Below, piece by piece: positions 1 to 13,019 of a DNA stretch of 64,000 nucleotides. The position numbers were made by a program, and so were the translations under genes. A model generated the notes under the pieces. It saw nothing but the letters and a program-made list of their open reading frames with translations, had not been told where the DNA came from and made no database searches. The stretch comes from Octopus sinensis (taxonomy: Eukaryota): the NCBI RefSeq assembly GCF_006345805.1, contig NC_043012.1, positions 42,532,001 to 42,596,000 on the forward strand, in the 5' to 3' direction. Numbering within the stretch: position 1 is the stretch's first letter; the number at the start of each line of letters is the position of its first letter.

Positions 1-1955
1 TCCTACTTTAAAGACATCCGCATCTACACCATACAGGTCCCTCAGGTTCTTCGGGAGGATATTGAAGAGCTGTGGGCCTCTGAAGCCCAGGCTATCACAG
101 TATCTTGTCCTACATCTTGATGGCAAATTTGGAGTCCTTGGTACTACCCAGTGGCGCCCGGTTCTGGCATTTGTGTGACTCTCGATGCCAAAGTTTGGGA
201 CAAGTCCTTCCAGGATCTTCCAGATATATATTATGGCATATCTTTCTTGCCTACGCTCCAGGGAATAGAGCTTTAATCTCTTGAGTCTTTCCCAGTAGCT
301 TATATGCTACACAGAGGCTATCTTCGTGTAGCTTCGTTGGATCGCCTCAAGTTCTGTGATCAACTTGACACTGGATGGTGACCATAGCTGAGAGCAATAG
401 TCAAAGTGGCTTAGGACAAGTGTCTTCCAGAGGACCATCATGGTTTCTTGTTCTCTTGTTCTAAAGGTTCTAAGAATCCATCCGGCCAGCCGTCTACATT
501 TCATTGCCAGTTTAGCAACATGTACATGAAAGGTCGCGTCATCACTCATGTGAATATCCAAGTCACGCACTGATTGTGCCTCTGGGATTGCAATTCCTCC
601 GGGTCCAGTGTATTCATTGGGTATTGCATTCAGTTTTGCATGCTGATAGCATAAAGCTTGAAACTTTTCAGCATTGAACTGCATGCTATTCTTTTCGGCC
701 CACTTGTATATTTTGTCCAGCTCACATTGCAGGTGCTTAGTGTCTTCAGGGTTCTGTATTGCCTGTGAAACTTTTGTATCATCTGCATAACTTGTGATCG
801 TGGCTCTCTGCGTGGCTGAGGGCATGTCTGAGAGGTCCATTATGAACAGTAGTGGTCCCAAAACAGTGCCCTGCGGAACACCGCTCACTATTTGCGTGTT
901 AATGGCTGCTACCACCTGACTTCTATTCTTCAGAAAGTCATGAAGCCATTCTCCAAATTTTCCAACTATGCCAAGATCACGCAGTTTGTGACATATCATT
1001 CCATGATCGACTTTATCAAAGGCCTTTGCAAAGTCGAGATATATGACTTCCACATTTGAGTGGTTGAGCAGTCGTTTCAGCACCCAGTCATAGTGTTGTA
1101 GGAGCTGAGTTAAGCAGCTTCTTGCTGGTCGGAAACCATGTTGGGTGTCAGGCAGCAAGTCATTTTCTTCAAGGAAGGTGATTAGTTTCCTTCTGACTAT
1201 TCGTTCCATGACCTTGCTGATGTGTGAGGTGAGAGAGATAGGTCTGTACTTCTTGGCCTCCGCTCTGCTACCTCCTTTATGAATAGGGCATATTTTACCT
1301 TCCTTCAGTTTTCTTGGAAGTTTGCCAGTTGCAAGGAAGCTCTGAAAGAGAGACCGCAGTGGTCTTGCTAGGACTCTCTTACATACTTTTAGAAGGATTG
1401 CTGGGAATCCATCGGGGCCAGTAGCTGAGTTTGTTTTCATCTCATCTATAGCCTTTATTACATCGTCTTCCTTTATATTGATGTAATCAATCATCGCCGC
1501 CTCTGACCCCATATCTGCAGTGGTGAAGAAGTCAGTTGGATTGCTGATTTGGAAATGCCCAAGGGGTGGGGTGAAAACACTCTTGAATTGCTCATTTAGT
1601 ATTTCACTTACCCTCATTGGATTTCTTGTGAGTGTGCCATCCCTTTCAAGGAGTGGCCCTATCCTACAGTGCACCGTAGCTGTTTCTTTGGCATACCTGT
1701 AGAAAGCTCTGGGGTTAGATTTTATGTTGTCTATAGCCCAGGCTTCTTTGTCTGCTCTTTCCTTTTCATGGGAGAGTTGCAGACAGTTTTCAATTTCCAA
1801 CAGTTTCATTTTCAGGCGGGACTTTTCAGTGCTTTCCATTTGTTTGTTTAGGCGATTTGAGATTTTTGTGCGCCGTCTCATTAGAATTTTCCTCTCTCTG
1901 GGGATTTTGTTCTTGTGTACAGTGGCCTTTCTCTCTGGGACACATTTGTAGCATA
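1..1955 (-). mobile_element. CR1/L2-group non-LTR retrotransposon (LINE), 5'-truncated; RT-containing part of ORF2, running off the window start
   Basis: ORF 307-1881 has non-LTR RT motifs (KYRPISLTSHISKVMER, YLDFAKAFDKVDH, GVPQGTVLGPLLF, YADD). After the TAG stop at 307-309 the same frame continues HISYWERLKRLKLYSLERRQERYAIIYIWKILEGLVPN, a CR1-type C-terminus. No endonuclease domain is present upstream. Confidence 0.92.
307..1881 (-). pseudogene. LINE reverse transcriptase, premature in-frame stop
   Basis: 524-aa ORF containing YADD; homology continues past the stop codon. Confidence 0.88.
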
Positions 1956-2175
1956 TGGCTTACATTACAGACATGAATTGTTGAAGTTTCATGTCCATAT
2001 ATGTATAAAAATTTATAAATATAAATATAAATTAATAATTTTAAATTTTAAACTTTAAATTTAAATAATTTAAATTTTATATTTTATATATTTTGTATAT
2101 TATATTAATTAATTTTATTTCTATGTTTTGGTCTATGTTTTTTACTGCTTGATTTGCCTAATAGTGGTTTTATCT

Positions 2176-2307
2176 CTAATTTAATTTATATTTATACATA
2201 TACATATATACATATACATATACATATATATACATATATATATATACATATATATATACATATATAAATACATATACATATATATACATATGCATATATA
2301 CATATAC

Positions 2308-2342
<35 letters not shown>

Positions 2343-2936
2343 ATATATATATACATATATATATATGCATATACATATATATATATATACTTATATATAT
2401 ATACATATACATATAGATACACATATACGTATATACATACATATATATACATATATATATATACATATACATATATATATGCATATACATATATATATAC
2501 ACATATACATATATATATATATATACATATATATACATATATATATACATATACATATATATATATACATATATATATATATACACATATATATATATAC
2601 ATATATACACATATACATATATATATATACATATACATATATATACATATACATATATACATATACATAAATATACACATACATATATACACATATACAT
2701 ATATATACATATACATATATACATATATATACATATATAAATACATATACATATATATACATATACATATATATATATACATATATACATATATAGACAT
2801 ATACATATATATATATATATACATATTATATATATATATATATATAATATACATATACATATATATATACATATACATATACATATATATATACACATAT
2901 ACATATATATATACATATACACATATACATATATAC
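2176..2936. repeat. (TA)n/(TACA)n compound microsatellite
   Basis: Directly visible; it generates the spurious Y/I/C/V-repeat ORFs. Confidence 0.97.
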
Positions 2937-3448
2937 AAGTTGGTTGTTGACGTATAAAGACCTGTTTTTACTCCTCTCCGCCGGTCAGCAGCAAGCTTCA
3001 CATCTACAGACGAAATTGACCATCACATATATTCCTATATATTTGGAACCACGCGTTTCCCGACTCGTGAGTAGAATTTTCTTTAACTACAAATTATTTT
3101 TATAAATTTCAAACAACCAAATAAACAAAGCCACACACTCCTATGAGCGAGTATTTATTTATATATACACTTCGTCGACACCTTCTGATAACTAAAGGAT
3201 CATCCACACATTAAAAATTAGAAAAAGTGAAAAAAAAAAAAGAAAAGAAAGATAAAATAACTGCAAGTTCATAATTCAAATACAATCACAAATCTCTCAG
3301 TATTACAGCAAACATTCTGTACAATCTATTCTACATACGTCTCCCTGAATTATCAAGGAATCAGGGAGCCCACAAATAAATTTAAAAAATAAAAATAATC
3401 AACAAAACAAACGAATAAAATAAAATTTAATAAAATATATCCACCAGA

Positions 3449-3748
3449 ATGGCTAGCCATCAAAAATCCAAACAAAACTGGTCTGATAATGAAATCGACG
3501 TTCTAATAAACACATGGTATTGCCTTACCCAAACGGAAAACATAGGTGCTTCATGTCTGAACGAAATTGATAAACGGACAGTTCACCTTTTGCAAACTCG
3601 ATCTAAACAGCAGATTCAAAATAAATTAAAGCAAATCGAAGTTGCTTTTAAATTAATCCATAAACACTTCGATAAACTGAGATGTGTTTTCTCTTCGAAC
3701 GCATCACCGGCGCAACAACAGCAACAACAACTTCATCGGCATCAATAA
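3449..3748 (+). CDS. Short Myb/SANT-like (trihelix-type) domain ORF with Q-rich tail; possibly a retroelement ORF1 remnant or gene fragment
   Basis: ATG start; NWSDNEIDVLINTW...RSKQQIQNKLKQI fits the W-x3-E-x3-L / RS-x2-QI-x2-K Myb/SANT-like pattern. Downstream CAA and ACT triplet tracts look like a frameshifted low-complexity linker. Confidence 0.5.
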   Translation: MASHQKSKQNWSDNEIDVLINTWYCLTQTENIGASCLNEIDKRTVHLLQTRSKQQIQNKLKQIEVAFKLIHKHFDKLRCVFSSNASPAQQQQQQLHRHQ

Positions 3749-4577
3749 CAACAACCTCGGCGGCAACAACAACAACAGCAACAACAACAGTATGAACCAC
3801 TCCTTGATTCACCTACAATGGCCGATTTGTTAAACGAAACGATTGACTCCCCCAGTCACCAGAGTCTCACAGCAGGAAGCACCACCCCTTCCTTTTACTG
3901 CCCCAGCAACTCAATCATCATCACTGTCAACATCATCTCCTCTGCCTACTACTACTACTAGTACTACAACCACTATCAATCCCAAAACATCTTTGTCTAC
4001 CGCTATCTCATGGAATCCACCTCCCCAATCACGACCGCGTGTTTATTAAAGATAAGATGAGCTCTCGTCAGGGTGACTCAAACTAATAGGCATGCGCTCT
4101 GCGTGCTCAAAATTCTGGGCTATTAAAATTCCGGTTTGAACTGCATTTGAAGTTCAACTTTTCTGACTGCTCTTCTGAAAGAGCTAGGAGTGATTTTCTC
4201 TTGAGTTGGTAAGCATAGATTAAAGCAGAAAAGAAAAGGCAAACAGTTTAGCAAGACATTACAAGGACATTTAATTTAGCTATCTAATAAAAAAAAAAAG
4301 CTGTGTATAAAATATCCTAGCTATTGGAAAATCATGTCGAGCGGAAATTCCATAGGCTAAGTATGCCATCATCGGAGAGAGATAAGTTAAACATATGTGG
4401 CAGCGGAAGAAAATTCCTCATCACTGATAGTTGCTGTGGTTCATTATTGGAGGAAAAATCCCATTAAATCCAATTAGAACGGGTATTCCTTAGGTAAATC
4501 CATGATCAGAGAGAATGGTTTGATCGTAATCGATGGCGAGGGAAAATGGGTGCTAGCAGTTCCAAAGTTGGACAAAT

Positions 4578-4638
<61 letters not shown>

Positions 4639-6832
4639 TCTATGCGTGTGTGCGCGTGTGTGTGTGTGTACTGGGATCGATATCATTGCTGTATCACTCA
4701 AAATACACATTACTACAATTTTAAAACGGAGACATTGATCAGTGCATTCATAAATATATACACTTTTTTAAGAACCCATAACACAGTGGCATAACACAAC
4801 TTTTGAGTATAAGTGTATTGAAACAAAGTTGACCGGGAGCTGAACAGCAGCATGTAGACAAGTTCTATGTTAGTGATCCTTACTTAAGATTCACTTGAAC
4901 TCTTGAAATTAGTCAGAATTTACAGTTTCGACTAATTACCAGAGCTTAGTTACTAATTCACTTCTCTCAACATAACACATTTCAATCAGTTTGGATTTCG
5001 ATGTTTGGATTCCTTTGTTTTTCTTGACGAAAATTATCACCAGCCTTAAGGATTTATCGTTTTAATACAGAATTTTTCTTGATTAAAAATTCTTTGGCTC
5101 ACTATGTTAATTAATTAATTATAATTAATTAGTGACAAAATATTTAACGAATGGTGCATAAAAGATTTGTTTGTAAATTATGTTATAAAGAAAAACAGTA
5201 TTAAGCAGTATTGTTCTTCTATTCCTTCCGAAAGTAGGGAAGGCAACTTAAGATATGTTTCCGTTCTATCACATCAGCTCAGCATCTATTTTTATCGGCT
5301 CCGAATGGCTATAGGAGCGAAGTTTGTTAAAGGAGGATTTGAACGATGGAACAATGGAACGTTGGAATGAAGCTAAACTACTAATTTATTAGAGAAGTGA
5401 GATATCTTACATCTCCCCACCTATGTTAACATGAAAAGGGGAAAAAGGAATATTAAAATGAGCGCGATGACAGCAGTGACAATGATAAACGATAGGCGAT
5501 AAAAGAGTGAAGCATCTGCTTAGAAAGGTAACGCGTCTAACTAAATTCCTTACAGAATTTCCTTAACATTGTTCTTCGATAACGTGAGCTTAAATCCTGC
5601 TGGCATTGACATCTATTTCTTTCGTTCACTCGGGGATTAATGAAATATTATTATAACACATTTAATCTGTCAATCTACAGTGTGTTTTAGCTTGCACATA
5701 ATTTGTAGGTTTTATTTTAAATTTAAACCACAAATTATAGCGGAAGGATACAATCAACTGAAATAAATTCATTATATCACCGAAATTCATTTTATTAACT
5801 GCGGAAGGATATAAAATAAAGAGGTATCAGGCAGAACTTGAACGCAGAACAGGAAACTACATAAATGATAAGATAATAATTGAAATGAAGGTAAACTCGT
5901 TAACGAAGAAAAATAACTGAAATAAAGGTAAATTCTTTAACGAACAAACCGGTTTTATACTTTTTGACATTTTAAATTTATTTAACATTTATTATTACAT
6001 TTCAATCTATATTTTTATAGAGTGGTCGTCTTTACATGTATAAAATAGACTATATTGAAACTATTATAATTATTATGTAATAAGTTAAAAATATCTAAAT
6101 GTTATCTGAGTTGAACTTGTTTGATGTAAGATTATGTATTAAAGCTGAAGAAATTTACTTGGTGGTAGAGTCATTGTGAAACTCACATGCAAACTAGTAA
6201 TATTCAATGTTGCTTCGTAATAGTTTGATTTGTGTACGTATATAGCACTGGTTATATTCCACCGCCAAAATGGAACCAAACACAAAACCGGTATCTGAGA
6301 GCACCGTGTGTGAGTGGCTATATATATAGATATATACTTGTATGGGTTGAACAGACAGAACACAACAAGGAGAAAAATTTAGACGAAAGCAGAATAAAGG
6401 GGAAACTAGGCAAAAACTTAACGGACGGGAAATATAGACAAAGACTCGATGCACGGAATATTCGCAGCCGAGTTTTCCTCGTCAGTTAATTACCCAACAT
6501 ATCATAGTGGTTTCGCGCCACTACCATTGAGGTCACTCAATCTTGGAGGCACCATATCCTATATCCTATATAAAGAAAGACGTGTGTATATATGACTGTG
6601 TGTATGTATGTGAGTGAGTGTGAGCTGTCAGTTTCGTTTAATATTTAATATCCATTGAATATCATTAACAGGATAGGATGTTACAACCAGCTGCATTATT
6701 GCCCACAGAATTCGTAACTTGTTCATATTATAAATCAATGGTGTATGATATTTGTGTGTGTGTGTGTGTATCTATGTATGTATTTATGTATTTATTTATG
6801 CATGCATGTGTGTGTGCGTTGTTAATCAATAC

Positions 6833-9361
6833 TTAACATCCAATACCAAGAAAATTTTTGATATTTCTCTCAGTAAAAATCGGTTGTGGATGTCGCATCC
6901 ATCCAACAAGATCAGATATACTGATTAAGTACACATTATCGAGGTCTAATAGAAATTTTATAAACGCATCAAGGGCCCCAAAATTCGCTTTATTTTTTTT
7001 ATTAAACCAGTATTTTCTCAAGCGTACACCAAAGGGCATTTTAGATTTGTGGGCAATGAAGAAATTACTAACGAGGTTGTCAAAGGTTTCTAACGATGTA
7101 TGGGAATCATTAAAACAGTCGTCAATATAATAACATGATTTAGAAGTTTTAAAATTCGAATAAAGAATTGAAGGAATTTCCCACAGTACTTCTGATTCCT
7201 TTGTTTTGAACCGACAACTACTATTTTGGCAATTTTCATCCCAACCAAATTCTAATGTAAATGGCCATATTTCTTGTTCTCTGACGCTTGACGGTCTAAT
7301 TACAATAGAAGAATCATACGCCATATTGTATTTTTTTAAACTGTCCAGTTGTTTATGCCATTTTGATGTGTCGTGAACGTTTCTCCAGCCAGTTACATAT
7401 AAATCAGAGATTCCTGCATAGCGTTCGAGTAATTTCTTCTGAACAGGTATTTCAAGGTGCTTCATGAAGGGATCGACAATATCATTGCTAAGACCATACA
7501 GTGCTATTTCATGTCCAGCTTTATAGAGCCAATTAATCTCTTTGTAATCTGACGCCAGACCAGTTATAAAGATCGTGGCACGAATATGACACCCATTCTC
7601 GTTGGTTCTGTCCTGTGAAAAAAGATGGGCTATTTTCTTGCGGGTGATCTTGTCAACAATTCCGTCGAACGTGAAATATACGAACTGGGGTATGTTCCTG
7701 CTATCAAAACTAGGCTTTCTTCCAAAACACCAGCATGTAGGAAGTTTACAGTTAACATTCTGCTTGCACATATTTAAATCTTGATTGCCCATACCGAGGA
7801 TTAGCTCTGAATGCCCTATAAATTTGCTAAACTTTCGTCTCCATGATACATAATTTAACGGAGAAAGATTTTGCCTCTTTGCATTCGGTGATTTACCGTG
7901 AGCAAGAAGGCCTCTATATCGCAGTAGATCCCGCTTCCTTCTAGACAGCGAACTGTAATAACTACAATTTGTCAGGGATTTCTTTTTCATAGTCTGCTGT
8001 TGAGTTCTTTTGACGCTAGCATTTTCGCTTATGAATGAAGAATTACAATGAGGTTTTACCAAGTTTTTGGAAATAAAATTAAAACTAAACGCTTGTGTAG
8101 TTTTAGAATAATTTCCGATGAATGTTGGATTTTCTACAGAAGTATTGTATGTCAGTATAGCAACGCACTTTTCTTGCTCTATTGAATTAAATAATAATGA
8201 CAATGACCTGTATCTAAATTTTAAAAATGATGGCTTGGGTGTAGATTTACGAACTGGAAGCTGGTATGTAGATGTGTGGGATATTAACAAGTTTTTTAAT
8301 TTATCAAATCGTTTTTTATATTTAGATCCACGAAGCCATAGTTTATATTGAGATGTTAGAAACAATAGCTGTTTAGCAGAATTGTTCTTTATAACACCAA
8401 AGGAATCGATGCTATATGGCGTCTGACTCTTTTCCTGCGTCACCTCAAATCGATCTGCTAACAGCTCTGATTTTCGAATAGATGCGTTGTGTAGAAGACA
8501 AAATTTGGTTAAAGAAAAATTCGTAGTTTTAGCACGAAAGTATATTTCTGTTTTCAAGGAATTCAGACTATTGAGAAATACGTAACTAATATTAAAATAC
8601 TGACTGTTTCTCCACTGCAACTGGAATAGCATTGCCGGTTGATTCCATATTTTTTGAGAGATGTTACCAATACTGATACAACTTATGATAAATATATTTT
8701 CAACCATAAGATTTGAAAAAATTAACGCAGTTCTATGAAATGTTTTCATTACATAGTAATTAGAAATTCTGTTTGTGAAAGAATATCTGTAATCCAATGT
8801 AAAATGAACATGAGAATTGCTTTTTGAAAAAGTTTTGAGACAGATAAACAAAGAAATCTGTTCAATTCCATTGGTGACCATGAATCTTTGTATGGAATCT
8901 TTATGTGGAACAATACACCTGGATATAAAATGATTTTCATTTGAAATATTTGAGAAGACTAGTTCAGTATTGTCCCATTTAAATCTTTCGTAATACCTGG
9001 AATTGTTTTGTAGGAACAAGTTTATCAAAATTCTTTTTCCGTAACTGTTTATAAAAAAATACAAGGAATTTGAAAAATCGGTCGATTTTTTTCTTTTACG
9101 TTTGACCAGTCTTAAACACTTTGGGATTTTGTTTGTAAAGTTAACTTCATCAATAATTGAAAAAACACATTTTAAGCCAAATATTCGTTCTCTTGTGAGA
9201 CAACGCGGACAGTATGAATCAGTTTTAATCTTATGTTTCCCAAAGTTCTTAGGAGTTTGGCAAATACTGGTTACATTAATCTCCAATGATAACGGCGCGG
9301 TACCCAATATTAGTAAAAGTGTAAATGAATAAGCATATTCGGTTCTTAGCAGAAAAACCAT
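6833..9361 (-). CDS. Secreted chitin/polysaccharide deacetylase-like protein (CE4/NodB fold, probably catalytically inactive), 842 aa, single uninterrupted ORF
   Basis: First ATG is at 9361 (the ORF track starts at a TTG at 9388). Hydrophobic N-terminus (YSFTLLLILGTAPLS). C-terminal ~300 aa show the animal CDA signature: CKLPTCWC, PQFVYFTFDG, NGCHIRATIF, GHEIA, YDSS, WPFTL, WEIP, PFGV, NVYLISISDLVGWMRHP. TAA at 6833-6835. Confidence 0.85.
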   Translation of the reverse strand: MVFLLRTEYAYSFTLLLILGTAPLSLEINVTSICQTPKNFGKHKIKTDSYCPRCLTRERIFGLKCVFSIIDEVNFTNKIPKCLRLVKRKRKKSTDFSNSLYFFINSYGKRILINLFLQNNSRYYERFKWDNTELVFSNISNENHFISRCIVPHKDSIQRFMVTNGIEQISLFICLKTFSKSNSHVHFTLDYRYSFTNRISNYYVMKTFHRTALIFSNLMVENIFIISCISIGNISQKIWNQPAMLFQLQWRNSQYFNISYVFLNSLNSLKTEIYFRAKTTNFSLTKFCLLHNASIRKSELLADRFEVTQEKSQTPYSIDSFGVIKNNSAKQLLFLTSQYKLWLRGSKYKKRFDKLKNLLISHTSTYQLPVRKSTPKPSFLKFRYRSLSLLFNSIEQEKCVAILTYNTSVENPTFIGNYSKTTQAFSFNFISKNLVKPHCNSSFISENASVKRTQQQTMKKKSLTNCSYYSSLSRRKRDLLRYRGLLAHGKSPNAKRQNLSPLNYVSWRRKFSKFIGHSELILGMGNQDLNMCKQNVNCKLPTCWCFGRKPSFDSRNIPQFVYFTFDGIVDKITRKKIAHLFSQDRTNENGCHIRATIFITGLASDYKEINWLYKAGHEIALYGLSNDIVDPFMKHLEIPVQKKLLERYAGISDLYVTGWRNVHDTSKWHKQLDSLKKYNMAYDSSIVIRPSSVREQEIWPFTLEFGWDENCQNSSCRFKTKESEVLWEIPSILYSNFKTSKSCYYIDDCFNDSHTSLETFDNLVSNFFIAHKSKMPFGVRLRKYWFNKKNKANFGALDAFIKFLLDLDNVYLISISDLVGWMRHPQPIFTERNIKNFLGIGC

Positions 9362-10300
9362 TTTTAATTTTGCAAACAAACATTTCAAGACTGCATATTT
9401 CGACTTGACAGATAAATGTCCGGATTGTCACTATTACAATTATCAGAGATTTGCAGTTTTAGGACAATATTTTACAAAGTCTCATATTTTAAATCTGACA
9501 TACTGGTTATAGCTCCATAGTTAGATCTTCATGGTAACATTATTCCAAAACTCAAGTTATGTTTAAAAACAAGCAAATGTCCATAGTGAATCAAATAAAA
9601 CATATAATACTTGCTTTTTTTATTCCACTCAGCAATCTTGTAAGAATTTTTTCCCAAAAAATTCACAAAATCCATAACAATTACAACAAATACAAAAATA
9701 AAACTAAAACAACAAAAATACAAAAAAGGGTTTTCAATAAAGTAAGTCAGAGTCTGGAAATCTGGTAGCTAAAACCGAAATCAGGTAAGCAGTCTTACCA
9801 TAATATTTACTTGATCCATTTTGAATAAAGTCGTTAGCTTCGTTATATGAAAGCATCAGATCGTCTGCTAAATCTTCTGCCTTTATGCAAGATCGTCTGC
9901 TTCTGCTTCCCTTAAGCTCAGTAATTCACTGTGATACACATACACACACGTATACACATGCAAATACACAGATGCATTTTTATGTGCAGTAAACACGCAT
10001 TCACATATGCATATACACAAGTACTACAACACACACACACATTAACACACTGTCTCACACACATTCACACAAACACTGTCTCACACATGCTTACATACAC
10101 ATACACACATTGTACACACTATGTAATAAGAATGTGACATCATGATGGCATTATCAGAGGCTTGCATAGTTCAATGGTTTAAGAGGGAGAGGGGTGAAGA
10201 AAGAGAGGGAAAGAGAGAGACAGAGTGAGGAGGCGGAGAGTGAAAAGGGGGCGTGAAAAGAGATAGAAATCGAAAAATACATAGATTAACGCACAAACAC

Positions 10301-10343
<43 letters not shown>

Positions 10344-10953
10344 AATATATCAATGAAAAGATCTATCGATCGGTAAGACAGTGAGGAGAATAGTCAATAG
10401 GCGTGATACATAAAAATAGATGCAACTTAGAGCTTTACTTTTCCTGTAGGGACAATGGTATTGTTATTACTAGAGTGATAAACTGCTATTGTAATTGTTG
10501 TTGTTATTGCTGTGTTGATGTTATGGTTGTTATTGATGATGATGATGCTCTTCACACTACAATTTTGGCAACTATATGATGTGAAGATTAAACGATCATC
10601 GTCACAGAGGTGGTGGTGGTGGTGGTGGTGGTGGTGATGATACTGATGTGAAGAGGGAAAATACGAAAGAAAATAAATATACTTTTTCCCTATTCTCCTC
10701 CTTTCTCTCCAAATCATTGTGGTCCGGTGTATTATTATTTTTGCTGATATTGTTGTTCTTGTTATATGTTAATATGATTTTGTGTTGGTCCATTGACAAG
10801 TTAACTGTTAATCTCATAAATATTCCTGACATGTCTGAAAATACTCAGCCAGCTCTCCCGTCACCGATCGTCCCAGCAAAACCCGTTACATAAACATGAA
10901 GACACGTTCATATATAGATGTCTACACACTTATACTTACGCACAAACAGACAG

Positions 10954-11036
<83 letters not shown>

Positions 11037-12530
11037 CATGTTAAAAAAAATATGAAATGATTACGACTGTGGATACAAAAATAACAAGGTACTCCTTTCT
11101 AACATTGATAAATTCTCACTTTCCTGCTTCCTATACAGATAAGAAAATTTTCTTGTCTACTATACATATAGGAAAATCCTAATTTCTCTACTTCCTGAAC
11201 ATATAAATAAATTTTTAACACAATACTATTAAGGTCAGCTGTAGTTGTTAAAGTAACATAGGGTCTCAAATTTCCTACTATGATTAAAATATCTAACAAC
11301 ACTACAATGTCACCCCTACGTGAATGTAACTATAGAAATACAGCTAATTGTCCTAATTAGCAATAAATTTATGTAAGAGGAGCTGATGTACAGATTTAAT
11401 GTAGCAGCTGTTGATAACACAGATAAAGCATGTATCAGGCTTACCAAAAAATTCATTCAAATCTTGATGCACACATCACGTTTATTCCCTCAAACACAGA
11501 ATCAAACGTAGCTGCATTTCATTATCAAAGCACTTCTAGCATTTGAAGGACAAATAGAGAAGCCTACAATTACATAGAGTGCAAAAGTAAAGGTACATAA
11601 CGGACGAGGTTGTAAATGCTGTTTGCATGTAACCGAGGAGCTTAGGATATTGCCCCCACCCCCACCCCTGCTCGCCAGTTAATATTCTGAGCGGAAGCAA
11701 GTAACATTTTCTATTTGTTTACTTATGAGAAAATTCAAATTACTACTCTGCTTCCGATAAATTCCAACTAAAAGCCAATTGAGTCCTTGAAACTCTGGGT
11801 CTTCAATCAAAAAACTCGACACCGAAGCCAAGCATACACCGTATTTATTTCCCCTTTGCCAAGCTGATCTGCTACACAGCATATCAGTTATATTTGAAGA
11901 CGATGATGATACCCATTCTGTTCAATTTCAGATTTGATAATCCAGTTGCGGCCAAAAATTTATACGAGAGTCAATAAATGTGACACATCATTAACTAGGT
12001 CAGCTACAAACAAATATATCGATTTTTATGCGATTGACGAAGAGACACACTACCAATGGCAAGCAAAATTAAAGGCTGTTAAGGGCTATCATATTCAAGA
12101 TTTAAGCAAAACTATTGCTTAAAATCACGTGTTCTATTTTTGAAATTATAAACTGACCATTCACCGACAACAAATACAAGACCCCAGTACTAGACAGATT
12201 CTCCTGAGTGGACACATTGACATATATGCAAAAATAAGTCCCCCAAATTAAAATCTTCCTACTCTATCTATGTTCAGTGAATACCACAGATGAAGCACGG
12301 ATAAACAAAGATATCTTTATACAAAAGTACAAACTAAGACTTAACAAATAACTGCCACTTAATAAAAGGAACTTACACAGTTAAGAACTTAAACTTTAAC
12401 CACTGGACTGCATACAAACGACTCTTGTCCACTCTCCCACCAGGTAGATTAAATTTAGAGTGCCTTGATTGTAACTAAACATACTCGCTCATCTGTATCG
12501 GCTTTCATTTTAGGCACAAAATATATTGAA

Positions 12531-12758
12531 GGCGGCGAACAGGCAGAATCGTTAGCACGCCGGGCGAAAGCGTAGCGGTATTTTGTCTGTCGTTACGTTG
12601 AGTTCAAATTCCGCCGAGGTCCACTTTGCCTTTCATCCTTTCGGGGTCGATAAATTAAGTACCAGTTACGCACTGGGGTCGATGTAATCGACTTAATACC
12701 TATGTCTGTCCTTGTTTGTCCCCTCTATGTTTAGCCCCTTGTAGGTAGTAAAGAAATA
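12531..12758 (+). mobile_element. tRNA-derived SINE (octopus-type family A)
   Basis: A-box-like AGGCAGAATCG and B-box GAGTTCAAATTCC, followed by the body GCCTTTCATCCTTTCGGGGTCGATAAATTAAGTACCAG and an A-rich tail. Confidence 0.8.
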
Positions 12759-13019
12759 AATATATTATCATATGATACTATCGCACCGACATAGTGGGAA
12801 ACGTACAAATCGTAATCACGTGTCCATTCTCTACAATTACTTGACAGAAAACATTCAGAGCATTGACTGTTTGGTACTATCACTGGACTTGTTTAGTCAA
12901 CCGTGTCAGCCTTAACTTACGATCCTAAACAATGCTACTTGATATTAACACACGGACGTAGCGGGGAACCTACGAACATTTACAAGTCCTGTCATGTGAC
13001 TATCCTCTACCAATCAAAT

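Noticed and set aside
2176-3001. Long Y/I/C/V/M/H-repeat ORFs here and at 15.3, 16.7, 30.2, 34-35.5, 44-46 and 47-48 kb
   Set aside because: They are translations of TA/CA/TACA microsatellites that lack stop codons in some frames.
3035-3080. Minus-strand GAAACGCGU hammerhead-like half
   Set aside because: The upstream core reads CUCACGA, there is no stem II, and the triplet is GUG.
5720-5860. Possible degenerate SINE family A fragments
   Set aside because: Too diverged to delimit with confidence.
6440-6490. Minus-strand CUGACGA followed by a small hairpin
   Set aside because: There is no GAAA or stem III in register.
10427-10893. His/Pro/Asn-rich ORFs as possible exons of the deacetylase gene
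   Set aside because: They are explained by GGT/GAT/GTT triplet repeats, with no convincing splice or homology evidence.
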